A stretch of 64,000 nucleotides of DNA from positions 576,001-640,000 of the forward strand of contig OZ219917.1 in assembly GCA_964291415.2 (NCBI GenBank), given 5' to 3'. Below, piece after piece: positions 21,331 through 31,374 of the stretch. The notes beneath the pieces were generated by a model. It was not told the DNA's origin and did no database searches. It was given only the letters and a program-made list of their open reading frames with translations. A program made the translations under genes and the position numbers. Each line of letters opens with the position of its first letter. Within the stretch, counting starts at the first letter, position 1. Origin of the DNA: Alphaproteobacteria bacterium (GTDB taxonomy: Bacteria > Pseudomonadota > Alphaproteobacteria > SP197).

Positions 21331-22287
21331 TCAGTCTCCGCCAGCCCTCGCCAGCAGCCAGCGCGCGGTACCGAGATCGAGGTGTCCGCCGCCCGAGTTC
21401 TTGAAGAGCGTGATGTCGTCCACGTTGCGTCTGCCGGCGACCGTCCCCCGGGCGAGATCGAAGAGATCGCCGACGACATCATCCTCGGTGATGATGCCGG
21501 CCTCCAGCGGCTGGGAGATGTCGCCGACGCGATCAAGCGTGAACATGCGGGAGTCCATGTAGATCCTGGCGCGCCTCACGCAGTCATCATCGCTTTCGCG
21601 CATGTGTGTCTGGTAGCTTCCGACAAGGTCGAGATGGGCGCCCGTTGCGAGCCAGGCGCCACGAATCAGGGGCTCGCTGGCCATGGTGGCACAGCTGATG
21701 ATATCGGCCTCGCGTGCCGCCCCCTCGAGGTCGCCGGTCGCTTCCACCGCCAGGGAATCGATGGCAAGGCGCCGGGCCAGGGCTCTCGCCCGCTCCGGTG
21801 AACGGTTCCAGATGCGGACCACTTCCAGGGAAGGACGTACGGCCTTCATGGCCATGATGAGGTGCGGCGCCATGGCGCCGGCGCCCACCATGAGCATGGT
21901 GCGGGCATCCTCGCGGGCGAGAAAGCTGGCGCCCGTGGCCGAATCCGCGGCTGTCTTGCGCAGTGTCAGTGCGATTCCGTCGATGAGGGCGAGCGGTTTG
22001 CCGTCCTTGCCGTCGAAGAGCGCATAGACCCCCTGCACCGAGGGAAGCCCCGTACCGGTGTATTCGTTGTCGGGAAACACCGTGACGAGCTTGATTCCCA
22101 CCGCTTCGTCGCGCTGCCAGGCGGGAAGGGCCAGGAACACGTTGTCGGTCCCCGAGGGGCCCGGCTGGGACAGGTGAATGTCGCGCACCTCGTCGACGTC
22201 CTCGAGGTGAAAGCTCTTGAATCCCTCGACGAGTGCTGCGTAGTCCGCCAGTTCGTGGACTTCCCTGCCGGTGATGAAGCGGACCAT
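21331..22287 (-). CDS. Ornithine cyclodeaminase/mu-crystallin family reductase
   Basis: GIKLVTVFPDN, RKTAADS, HLDLVGS, ITLFKNSG. Confidence 0.9.
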   Translation of the reverse strand: MVRFITGREVHELADYAALVEGFKSFHLEDVDEVRDIHLSQPGPSGTDNVFLALPAWQRDEAVGIKLVTVFPDNEYTGTGLPSVQGVYALFDGKDGKPLALIDGIALTLRKTAADSATGASFLAREDARTMLMVGAGAMAPHLIMAMKAVRPSLEVVRIWNRSPERARALARRLAIDSLAVEATGDLEGAAREADIISCATMASEPLIRGAWLATGAHLDLVGSYQTHMRESDDDCVRRARIYMDSRMFTLDRVGDISQPLEAGIITEDDVVGDLFDLARGTVAGRRNVDDITLFKNSGGGHLDLGTARWLLARAGGD

Positions 22288-22301
22288 CGCCGGGTGTCCG
22301 T

Positions 22302-22652
22302 TCAGACCGGCACCGGCGGCGACTGTTGAGGCTGTCGGTCGAGTTCCGACTTCAGGGTGTCGCGCTCCCGGGTCACCGAGGCGAGGTTCGTCTCGAGATG
22401 CTTCACGCGGCGTTTGCGCTCACCTGACAGCCGGCGGGACGGGTGGCCGCGCATCCAGACGAAGAGGCCGCCGAAGAGGGCCCCGGCGGCAAAGGACACG
22501 AGGACGACAAGGAAGACGGGAGCTATCACGACCCTCGGGTAGGGGAACAGCGACACTTCCATCTCCGTACGGTTGGCCAGCACGAAGACGATAATGGCGA
22601 GAGCCAGAAGGGCGCCAAGCATCCCGACACCGAGCATGAGGGGATTGCGCAT
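22302..22652 (-). CDS. lapA: LapA-family membrane protein
   Basis: Two TM helices with FVLANR motif and a coiled-coil tail; follows ihfB. Confidence 0.8.
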   Translation of the reverse strand: MRNPLMLGVGMLGALLALAIIVFVLANRTEMEVSLFPYPRVVIAPVFLVVLVSFAAGALFGGLFVWMRGHPSRRLSGERKRRVKHLETNLASVTRERDTLKSELDRQPQQSPPVPV

Positions 22653-22662
22653 GGCGGCTGGT

Positions 22663-22956
22663 TCAGCCCTGCGTGCCTCTTGCGTTGAGGCGGTCGCGCA
22701 GGGGCTTGCCGGTCTTGAAGAAGGGCGCGCGCTTGGCCGCAACGTCGACTTTCTCGCCGGTTCGCGGGTTGCGCCCGGTCCGCGCCCGCCTCTCGCGGGC
22801 CGCGAACGAGCCAAACCCGCGCAGTTCGACGCGCCGTCCGGACTCCAGGGACCGGGCGATTTCATCGAAGATCGTGACGACGAGGCTCTCGGCCTCGTAC
22901 ATCTTGAGATAGGGATAGCGCGCGGCAACGAGCGCGATAAGGTCAGATCTCGTCAT
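22663..22956 (-). CDS. ihfB: Integration host factor beta
   Basis: MTRSDLI, RVELRGFGSF, GRNPRTGE, PFFKTGK. Confidence 0.96.
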   Translation of the reverse strand: MTRSDLIALVAARYPYLKMYEAESLVVTIFDEIARSLESGRRVELRGFGSFAARERRARTGRNPRTGEKVDVAAKRAPFFKTGKPLRDRLNARGTQG

Positions 22957-23020
22957 GAAGGGGATCCTGTTTTCCCGGTCACCGAGTCTGGTGCCGGCAC
23001 TGCTCGACTGTCAATGATCT

Positions 23021-23057
23021 CCATGGGGCGGGAGCCGGTCGGGCGCCCGCCCCATGG
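23021..23057 (-). terminator. GC-rich hairpin after the SBP gene
   Basis: ccatggggcggg...cccgccccatgg, perfect 12-bp arms, 10 bp past the stop; no clear U tract. Confidence 0.55.
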
Positions 23058-23067
23058 CAGGAAAGAT

Positions 23068-24663
23068 TCAGGCTGTCGGATCCGTGAACCACCAGCGCTC
23101 CATCAGGCGGCCTCCGTCAAGGCCCCAGTTGCTGCCGATGTTGGGTCCGTGCGAGAGCGCCGTCGATGCGGCGTCGACGTTGTTCGCATAGGCCATCACC
23201 ATGGCTCCGCCTTCCATGGCACAGATCTGCTGCATTTCGCGGTACATCTCGCGGCGCAGCGGCTCGTCGAGCTCGGCGCGGGCCGCGATCAGCAGCTCGT
23301 TGAAGCGATCGTGCTTCCAGAAGGTGTCGTTCCATGGCGCATCCGCCGCGTAGGCGGTGGAGAACATCCAGTCCTCGGTGGGACGGCCTCCCCAGTAGCA
23401 TGTGCACCAGGGCTTGTTCATCCAGACATCGGCCCAGTAGCCATCGGCCGATTCGCGCACGACGTCGATTGTGATGCCGGCCGGAGCCGCGTGCTCCTTG
23501 TAGAGGACGGCGGTGTCGACGGCGCCGACGAACGCCGCCTCGGATGTCGACAGCTCGACGGTGAGACTGTCGAGACCGGACTGCTTGAGATACCACTTCG
23601 CCTTGTCGAGATCGAAGGTGGCATGCTCGATGTCGTCGGCGAAGTAGCGGTTGGCCGGCGTGATCGGCGTATCCTGGCCGACCAGTCCGTAGCCGCGCAG
23701 GACCTTGTCGACGATGTCCTGACGATCCATGGCATGCTTGAGAGCAAGGCGGACATTGTTGTCGTCGAACGGTGGCGTGTCCGTGCGCATGGGCAGGGTG
23801 TAGTGCAGCGTGCCCGTGGCCTCGACGAGATCGACGGCGGGATGCTGTGCCAGGAGGTGCGCCGTCTTGGTGTCGACACGGTCGATGACGTCGACCTGGC
23901 CCGACATGATGGCGTTCTGGCGCGAGGCCGGATCGGCGATCGTGGTCATCTCGACGGCGTCGAACCAGCCGTAGTCCGTCTTCCAGTAGTTCGCGTGACG
24001 TTCGAGGCTGGCGCGCACGCCGGGCTCGTACTCGACAACCCGGTAGCTGCCACAGCCGACGCCGGACTTCGGATCGGCGATGTTCCCCTCGCCGTCGCTG
24101 GGCTGGATGCCGAGATGGTAGTCGCTCATGATGAAGGGGTAGTCGGCATTGCCTTCCGTGAGCTGGATGACCACCGTGTCGCCGTCGACCCGCATGTCCT
24201 CGACCTGCTCGAAGAGGCTTGATACCGCGGAGATCGAATCCTCGCCGCGGTGATAGTTGAGGCTGGCGACGATGTCGTCGGGCGTGACGGTCTTGCCGTT
24301 GTGGAACTCGACGCCCTGGCGGATCTTGAATGTCCAGGTCTTGGCGTCGGGTGTGGCGTCCCATTCCTCGGCCAGTTCGGGTGCGAGCTGATTGGTTTCG
24401 TCGACGGCCGTGAGGTAGTTGAAGAGACCACCCATGCCCATGCTCGACGAGAACCCGTTCTCGAACGTCGCCGGATCGAGGGAATCGGTGGTTGAACCGT
24501 GCCCAAGGCCGATTCTCAGCGTGCCGCCGTGTTGCGGTTCGGCTGCTCTTGCCGCACCGGCTCCCAGCAGGGACGGACCGGCAACGGCCGTGGCGCCGAC
24601 GGCAGCCGCGCCGCCGAGGACGGTGCGCCGTGATGCGCCCTTCTTGTGGATTGTGTCACCCAT
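23068..24663 (-). CDS. ABC transporter solute-binding protein, family 5, Tat signal
   Basis: SRRTVL Tat motif, GGTLRIG, TDSLDP, WTFKIRQGVEFHNGK. Confidence 0.92.
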   Translation of the reverse strand: MGDTIHKKGASRRTVLGGAAAVGATAVAGPSLLGAGAARAAEPQHGGTLRIGLGHGSTTDSLDPATFENGFSSSMGMGGLFNYLTAVDETNQLAPELAEEWDATPDAKTWTFKIRQGVEFHNGKTVTPDDIVASLNYHRGEDSISAVSSLFEQVEDMRVDGDTVVIQLTEGNADYPFIMSDYHLGIQPSDGEGNIADPKSGVGCGSYRVVEYEPGVRASLERHANYWKTDYGWFDAVEMTTIADPASRQNAIMSGQVDVIDRVDTKTAHLLAQHPAVDLVEATGTLHYTLPMRTDTPPFDDNNVRLALKHAMDRQDIVDKVLRGYGLVGQDTPITPANRYFADDIEHATFDLDKAKWYLKQSGLDSLTVELSTSEAAFVGAVDTAVLYKEHAAPAGITIDVVRESADGYWADVWMNKPWCTCYWGGRPTEDWMFSTAYAADAPWNDTFWKHDRFNELLIAARAELDEPLRREMYREMQQICAMEGGAMVMAYANNVDAASTALSHGPNIGSNWGLDGGRLMERWWFTDPTA

Positions 24664-25009
24664 GTCTCGTGACCTCCCGTGGTCTGGAAAAGTGATGAAG
24701 CCAATAGCGTGGTCGGCATGACGCCGAACGGTATCGTCATGATGACAGATTCCCCTGATTCAATCCACAAGGATGATTGCCCGTGGGCACGGGATTCTCC
24801 GATGCTCGAAGCGCGACACTCCTCCGTCTCGCCCAGCCGGTTGACTGCACCCCGGGAGAGGCTGTCGGTCGCGCGGGACGTCGTCGTCACGCGCCGAACG
24901 CCTACTGGTTTCAGAAGTTGACCCCGGCAGGTCGATGGGCATCAATCATCGAAGGCGCCGATCGGTGTTCGACACGCGCGCCCATACATATCCGAGACGA
25001 GGGAAGACC

Positions 25010-26201
25010 ATGATCGACGACACTTCCGCAGGCGGCACGACAATTCGATCCCGCCGCCGTGGCCGCAGCCTGCCCGTGTGGGGCGGGCGCTACGACCGTT
25101 TGCGAGCCTCGCCCTTCATCCCGTTCTACGAGGACCGCATCGGACCCGATGCCTCGTTTACGGTCTACAGCGGTCACATGTCGCCGGGATATCTCGACGA
25201 GGACGTCGAGGCAGAGTACTGGCACCTGCGCCGTCAGGCGACGCTGTTCGACGTGCCCGAACACGCCATCGAGTTCGTCGGTCCGGATGCCGCCCGGTTC
25301 CTCGACCACCTGATGCCGCGCCGCATCGCGCCGATGAAGGTCGGGCGCTGTCGCTACGGCTTCATGTGCTATCCGGACGGCGGCGTCCTGATGGACGGCA
25401 TACTCGTGCGCCTGGCCGAGGACCGCTTCCGCTACGTGCTGGCCGATGGCGAGATCTTCAGCTGGCTCAAGGCGCACCAGCCGGACTTCGACGTCGAGAT
25501 CATCGACACCGAGGACTGGGTGCTGCAGGTCCAGGGTCCGCGTTCCCTCGACGTGCTGGCGGCCCTGTGCGACGACGGCGCGCCCGATCCCTTTCCCTAT
25601 TTCGGGGCGGCCCGTGTCACGATGGCGGGCGAGCCTTTGCTCGCGACCCGCACCGGCTGGACGAGCGAGGTGGGATTCGAACTCTACGTGCCCGATGACG
25701 CCGACCACGGCGCCCTGTGGGACCACCTGACGGGCGTGGGCGGACGGCACGGACTGCGCTTCGCCGCCATGGCGTGCATGAACGTCCGCCGCATCGAGGC
25801 GGGCATTCTCAACAACGGCACCGACATGTCCCCTGCCATGACGCCCTTTGCCGCGGGTCTGGGCCGCTTCGTCGATCTCGACAAGGAAGGGATTCATCGG
25901 CCGCGACGTCCTGCTGGCGGCCGACCGGCGGCCGCGGCTGGTGGGCCTGAAGACGCACGGAAGGGTCGAGGCGGGCATGGCGCTGACGCTCGACGGCCAG
26001 AAGGTCGGACAGCTGACCGCCACGGCCTTTTCGCCATACCTGGGGCACTACGTCGGCTACGCGCTCTTCGAGGAGGCCGGGGACTGGATCGGCCGGCAGG
26101 TCGCCTGCGGAGATGACAGGGTGCCGGGCGAAACCCTGGACCTTCCCTTCTACGACCCCGAAAAGCTGATTCCACGGGGCAAGGCAAACGCAAAAGTCTG
26201 A
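25010..26201 (+). pseudogene. GcvT/DmdA-like THF-dependent demethylase with a +1 frameshift
   Basis: RLRASPF, EYWHLR, GPDAA, QVQGPRS, RTGWTSEVGFE, RRIEAG; removing one G at 25889-25891 restores DKEGFIGRD...LPFYDPEK. May be a sequencing error. Confidence 0.85.
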
Positions 26202-26388
26202 GCCGCCGCCAACGGACGCCGGACTCCGGATCCGGCACGCGCATGGTGCCGTCGGCGAGACGGGGGCGCACGACGCGTCGCCCGGTCCGCGACGATCTCG
26301 GGGCGCTCACGTTCCGGCTCCGCGTCAAACACCGGGCCACCTGCTCGCCGACAACGCGCACGAGCACAACATTCGGCGCCGGATTCGA

Positions 26389-26637
26389 GTTCTGCGCAAG
26401 GCCGGTTTCTGGCAACGCTACGCCCGCGAGCCCTTCGCCAAACGCCAAAAGGCGACCCTCAACAGGTTTCTCGATGGATTCGAAGGCAAGCTGACGGCGA
26501 GGAAATGGGCAGTGATCGGCACATGTTCGATACCGACGGCGCAGCGCGGCATCAATGAACTGGTCGAACGCGAAATCTTTCGCCGCAATCCGGGAGGCAG
26601 CAAGAACACAAGCTATGACCTGGCGATGGAAGCATGA
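26389..26637 (+). pseudogene. C-terminal fragment of a Fic/DUF4172-type protein
   Basis: Manual translation VLRKAGFWQRY...RQKATLNRFLDGFEGKLTARKWAVIGTCSIPTAQRGINELVER...PGGSKNTSYDL; no start codon or Fic motif. Confidence 0.8.
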
Positions 26638-26808
26638 ACCTGTTCGCTGACTGCAAATCGTTGGGCGCTGCGGCGCGAAGCTATGCGACGTCTACCGATT
26701 GTGACGGGAAGACACCGGACTCGACCGCAACGAGAAAGAGAACGAAACTGCAAGAAACCTGGTTTACCGGGCCCTTGGTGCGTTCCCGGACCCCCCCTGC
26801 TTGAAGGA

Positions 26809-26884
<76 letters not shown>

Positions 26885-26947
26885 TCAAGGGAATCGGTGT
26901 TGTTGCAACCTATGGACAGGCGGCCACGGACGCAAGACCGCCATCAG

Positions 26948-27187
26948 TCAATCCTCGATCTCGGGATCCTCCTCGCCCTCGACATCGTCGTCGGTCTCGA
27001 GGGTCACATCGGCATCATCGTCATCGTGGACAACGTCATCTTTCTGCGCCGCGGGCGGCAGACCGTCGTGTTCCATGGTGACGATCGTCCCGCATTGGGG
27101 GCAGTACGCAGGAGACCGGTTGAAGTCGTAGAACTTGGCGGAGCATGCCTTGCAGGTGTGCTTGGTACCCCATTCGGCCTTGGGCAT
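26948..27187 (-). CDS. FYDLN-acid (TIGR02300) family protein
   Basis: MPKAEWGTKHTCKACSAKFYDFNRSPAYCPQCG plus acidic tail; divergent from aroA. Confidence 0.88.
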   Translation of the reverse strand: MPKAEWGTKHTCKACSAKFYDFNRSPAYCPQCGTIVTMEHDGLPPAAQKDDVVHDDDDADVTLETDDDVEGEEDPEIED

Positions 27188-27335
27188 GGTGTGGATCCCC
27201 GATCGAAGTGGTCATTCAAGGCGGCATGCCGGATATAGACTCAGCCATGATCTGTCAAAGGGAAGGTTGCGCCCGATGGGGTCTGGATTGACGATGAACC
27301 GCAGCCCCTGGATACCGGGCGCCGGAGAAGACGTC

Positions 27336-28679
27336 ATGAACCAGCCGACAAGGGCAGTGATCGCCCGCCCCGTGGCTCCGTTTTCGGGCACCGTGCGTGT
27401 TCCCGGAGACAAGTCCATCTCGCACAGGACGCTCATTCTCGGGGCCCTGACCGTCGGTGAAACCACCGTCGAGGGACTGCTTGAGGGCGAAGATGTTCTG
27501 GCGACAGCTTCGGCCATGAGGTTGCTGGGCGCCCATGTCGAACGTGATGCTTGCGGAGTGTGGCGCGTCAATGGATGCGGCATCTCGGGACTGAAGGAAG
27601 CCGAAGATGTTCTCGACCTGGGAAATGCCGGCACCGGCGTGCGGCTGTTGTGCGGAGTTGCGGCGGGACACCCCTTCACCACGTTCCTGTGCGGTGACAG
27701 GTCACTCTCGCGCCGGCCCATGGGTCGCGTCATCGAGCCCCTGGAGGAGATGGGAGCCCGGTTTGTCTGCCGCAGCGGGGGTTGCCTTCCCCTGGCCGTG
27801 ACAGGTGGCGATCCCCTGTTGCCTCTTCATCACGAGCTCCGGGTCCCGTCGGCGCAGGTCAAGTCGGCCGTGCTGTTGGCGGGCCTTCACGCACCTGGAA
27901 CCACCACGGTGGTCGAGAAGGCGCCGCTCCGCGATCACACCGAGCGTCTCCTGCGTGCCTTCGGCGCCTCCCTCGAGATCGTGCCGGGCGTGAACGGCCA
28001 GCGGTCGATCAGCATTGCGGGACAACCGGAGCTGTCTCCCGTCGACGTCCATGTTCCGGGAGATCCTTCATCAGCGGCCTTCCTTGTCGGCCTTGGCGCA
28101 GCGCTGCCCGGTGCGACACTGACCGTCAGGCATGTCGGCATCAATCCGACGCGGACGGGATTCTTCGAGACCCTGAAGGACATGGGGGCCGATCTGGCCT
28201 TCATCAATCGCCGCGAGATGGCGGGCGAACCCGTGGCCGATATCGCCGTCGAGGGTACGGTACTCAAGGGAATCGAGGTGCCTGTGGAACGGGCCCCCTC
28301 CATGATCGACGAGTACCCCGTGCTGGCAGCCATTGCGGCAACAGCCGAGGGTCCAACAGTCATGCGGGGTCTCGCCGAACTGCGGGTCAAGGAAAGCGAT
28401 CGCCTCGCCGCCGCCGCCGCCGGTCTCGCGGGCAATGGCATCAAGGTCGACGAGGAGCGGGACGGACTGGTGGTGCATGGCGTGGCTGGCCGGCCTCCGG
28501 GGGGAGGCTGTGTTGCCGTCAACCTCGATCACCGGATTGCCATGGCCTTCCTGGTCATGGGGCTCCTGTCGCGCGACGGCGTGGCGATCGACGATCCCGG
28601 GGCCATCGACACCAGTTTCCCGGGATTCATCCAACTCCTCGAGGGGCTGGGCGCGGAGTTTGGCGAATGGACGGGGTGA
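27336..28679 (+). CDS. aroA: EPSP synthase
   Basis: PGDKSISHR, LGNAGT, SAQVKSA, RDHTE, RVKESDR, DHRIAMAF. Confidence 0.97.
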   Translation: MNQPTRAVIARPVAPFSGTVRVPGDKSISHRTLILGALTVGETTVEGLLEGEDVLATASAMRLLGAHVERDACGVWRVNGCGISGLKEAEDVLDLGNAGTGVRLLCGVAAGHPFTTFLCGDRSLSRRPMGRVIEPLEEMGARFVCRSGGCLPLAVTGGDPLLPLHHELRVPSAQVKSAVLLAGLHAPGTTTVVEKAPLRDHTERLLRAFGASLEIVPGVNGQRSISIAGQPELSPVDVHVPGDPSSAAFLVGLGAALPGATLTVRHVGINPTRTGFFETLKDMGADLAFINRREMAGEPVADIAVEGTVLKGIEVPVERAPSMIDEYPVLAAIAATAEGPTVMRGLAELRVKESDRLAAAAAGLAGNGIKVDEERDGLVVHGVAGRPPGGGCVAVNLDHRIAMAFLVMGLLSRDGVAIDDPGAIDTSFPGFIQLLEGLGAEFGEWTG

Positions 28680-29320
28680 TCGTGATCGCTGTCGACGGGC
28701 CGGTGGCCTCCGGCAAGGGAACGCTCGCCCGCGACCTGGCAGCACGGACAGGCCTGCGCCACCTCGACAGCGGCATGATCTATCGGGCCGTGGCCTCCCT
28801 CGTTCTCGAGGCCGGTGTTGACGCCGGGAACGCCCAAGCATGCAGACGCGCGGCGGAACGTCTGGTTGCGGCGCATCTCGAGCGCCCGGGACTGCGCGAT
28901 CAGGAGATCGGTTCCACGGCCTCGCGCATCGCTGCCCACCGGGAGGTGCGTGCCGCACTCGTGGAGTTCCAGCGCCGCTTTGGCACGACGCCACCGGGCG
29001 CGGTCATCGACGGACGCGACATCGGCACCGTCGTCTTCCCCGATGCCGATGTGAAGTTCTTCGTCACGGCCCAGGTCCGGGCGCGGGCCGAAAGGCGTCA
29101 CAGGGAACTGGTCGCAAGGGGTGAGACGATCGACTTGCGCAGCGTGTTGGAGGAAATCTCCGCACGGGACCGCCGCGACAGTGAACGGACCTGGGCGCCA
29201 TTGCGCCAGGCTGACGATGCCGTCGTCATCGACACGACCGCGCTTGATGCCGCGGCGGCGGCGCAAAAGGCGCTCGACATCGTCCGCCAGCGCCTGGGTG
29301 CCCTCTCCGTTTTCGGTTGA
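28667..29320 (+). CDS. cmk: Cytidylate kinase
   Basis: AVDGPVASGKGT, LDSGMIYR, DGRDIGTVVFPDA. Confidence 0.96.
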   Translation: MDGVIVIAVDGPVASGKGTLARDLAARTGLRHLDSGMIYRAVASLVLEAGVDAGNAQACRRAAERLVAAHLERPGLRDQEIGSTASRIAAHREVRAALVEFQRRFGTTPPGAVIDGRDIGTVVFPDADVKFFVTAQVRARAERRHRELVARGETIDLRSVLEEISARDRRDSERTWAPLRQADDAVVIDTTALDAAAAAQKALDIVRQRLGALSVFG

Positions 29321-29465
29321 AGATGATGACGGCTGGCGCTATATCGGCGCCGCCACATGCGGTACGACCGGGTGTGGCGACCTCCGTCTCGCCCAGGCGA
29401 AATCCCAAAGCGGAGGCACCGGAAGCACACCCATCAGCTTCCGGCAATCCAAGGAAATCAACTCC

Positions 29466-31355
29466 ATGACGAACGACATGAGCACGGCGCAGGACGCGCC
29501 TGCCTCCACCACGCCCGCAGCGGAAGAGAACTTTGAGGATCTCTTCAACGAGTTTCTTGAACGCGTCAACATTGTCGAGGGAGCGGTCACGAGCGGAACC
29601 GTCCTCGACATCCAGGGCGACCTGGTGCTGATCGATGTCGGACTCAAGGCCGAGGGGCGGGTGCCGCTTCGCGAGTTCAACACGGCCGGAGGCGAGCCTT
29701 CCGTGGCCGTCGGCGACAGGGTCGAGGTCTTCGTCGAGCGGCTGGAGAACAACCAGGGCGAAACGGTCCTTTCCCGGGAAAAGGCCCAGCGCGAGGAAGT
29801 CTGGAACCAGCTCGAAGCGGCCTTTGCGACCGGTGACCGCGTCAAGGGATACATCTACCAGCGGGTCAAGGGCGGTTTCACCATCAATCTTGGCGGCGCC
29901 TTTGCCTTTCTCCCTGGCAGCCAGATCGACATCCGTCCGGTTCGCGACGTCACACCGCTCATGGGCGAAGAGCACGAGTTCCGCATCCTCAAGATGGACC
30001 GCCGGCGCAGCAACATCGTGGTGTCCCGGCGTTCCGTTCTCGAGGATGAGCGTGCCGATCAGCGCGCCGAACTGATCGCCGGCCTCGCCGAAGGCCAGGT
30101 ACTCGAGGGTGTGGTCAAGAACATCACCGACTACGGCGCCTTCGTCGATCTCGGGGGACTTGACGGTCTGCTTCACGTGACGGACATGTCATGGCGGCGC
30201 ATCAATCACCCCACCGAGGCCGTCTCCATCGGTCAGACGGTGCGTGTCCAGGTCATACGCTTCAACCCGGAAAACCAGCGCATTTCACTGGGCATGAAGC
30301 AGCTCGAGACGGATCCCTGGGAGGGCGTGGGCGCCAAGTACCCGGTCGGCACCCGATTCACGGGACGCATCACCAACATCACCGACTACGGCGCCTTCGT
30401 GGAACTTGAACCCGGTGTCGAGGGTCTCGTCCATGTCTCGGAAATGAGCTGGACCCGCAAGAACGTTCATCCGGGCAAGATCGCCTCGACCAGCCAGGAG
30501 GTCGAGGTCGAGATCCTTGACGTGGATGCCGGCAAGCGCCGCATCAGTCTCGGCATCAAGCAGACCCAGAGCAATCCGTGGGAAATCTTCCTGATCGAAC
30601 ACCCGGTCGGCAGCGAGGTCGAGGGCGAGGTGCGGAACATCACGGAGTTCGGACTCTTCATCAACATCGGTGGCGACCTCGACGGCATGGTCCACATGTC
30701 CGATCTTTCCTGGCAGCATAACGCCGACGAGCAGATCGGGAAGTACCACAAGGGCGACCAGGTCAAGGCGAAAGTTCTCGACGTTGATGTCGACAAGGAA
30801 CGCATCAGTCTCGGGATCAAGCAGCTTGAACCCGATCCCTATGCCGATGCCATGGATGGCATCTCGCGGGGTTCCGTCGTGACCTGCACGGTGGCCCGGG
30901 TGACGGACGGCGGCGTCGAGGTGCTGATCAACGGAGTCGTTCCGGGCCTGGTCCGCAAGGCCGAACTGGCCCGTGACCGCAGCGATCAGCGGCCGGACCG
31001 CTTTGCTCCCGGGGACAGGCTGGATGCCAAGGTGACGAACATCGACAAGGCCTCCCGCCGCGTCTCCCTTTCCGTCAAGGCCCTGGAGATCGAGGAAGAA
31101 AAGAAGGCGATGGAGGCCTACGGCTCGACGGACAGCGGCGCCACCCTGGGCGATATCCTTGGTGCGGCCCTGTCGGCCCGCACTGCCGAAGCCGACGCCA
31201 GTGAAGAGGACGCCAACGAAGCCGAAGCCAGCGAAGCCGAAGCCAGCGAGGTCGAAGCCAGCGAGGGGGACGCCGGCGAGGGGGACGTCAGCCAAGAGGA
31301 CGAAGCCGGCGAGGATGCCAAGACGAGCGAGGACGACAAGGAATCCGGATCCTGA
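29466..31355 (+). CDS. rpsA: 30S ribosomal protein S1 with acidic C-terminal tail
   Basis: Repeated S1 domains (VKNITDYGAFVDLGG, RISLGMKQL); follows cmk. Confidence 0.98.
   Translation: MTNDMSTAQDAPASTTPAAEENFEDLFNEFLERVNIVEGAVTSGTVLDIQGDLVLIDVGLKAEGRVPLREFNTAGGEPSVAVGDRVEVFVERLENNQGETVLSREKAQREEVWNQLEAAFATGDRVKGYIYQRVKGGFTINLGGAFAFLPGSQIDIRPVRDVTPLMGEEHEFRILKMDRRRSNIVVSRRSVLEDERADQRAELIAGLAEGQVLEGVVKNITDYGAFVDLGGLDGLLHVTDMSWRRINHPTEAVSIGQTVRVQVIRFNPENQRISLGMKQLETDPWEGVGAKYPVGTRFTGRITNITDYGAFVELEPGVEGLVHVSEMSWTRKNVHPGKIASTSQEVEVEILDVDAGKRRISLGIKQTQSNPWEIFLIEHPVGSEVEGEVRNITEFGLFINIGGDLDGMVHMSDLSWQHNADEQIGKYHKGDQVKAKVLDVDVDKERISLGIKQLEPDPYADAMDGISRGSVVTCTVARVTDGGVEVLINGVVPGLVRKAELARDRSDQRPDRFAPGDRLDAKVTNIDKASRRVSLSVKALEIEEEKKAMEAYGSTDSGATLGDILGAALSARTAEADASEEDANEAEASEAEASEVEASEGDAGEGDVSQEDEAGEDAKTSEDDKESGS
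31188..31292 (+). repeat. Seven degenerate 15-bp tandem units inside the rpsA tail
   Basis: gaagccgacgccagt, gaagaggacgccaac, gaagccgaagccagc x2, gaggtcgaagccagc, gagggggacgccggc, gagggggacgtcagc. Confidence 0.85.
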
Positions 31356-31374
31356 GCCAGCCGCCGTGAACCGA

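Noticed and set aside
21331-22287. Cyclodeaminase-family gene between lapA and pyrF as a novelty
   Set aside because: Such genes are commonly found after ihfB-lapA in Alphaproteobacteria
24664-25009. Possible riboswitch between the SBP and the GcvT-like gene
   Set aside because: No glycine, SAM, cobalamin or TPP consensus recognised; needs an Infernal/Rfam scan
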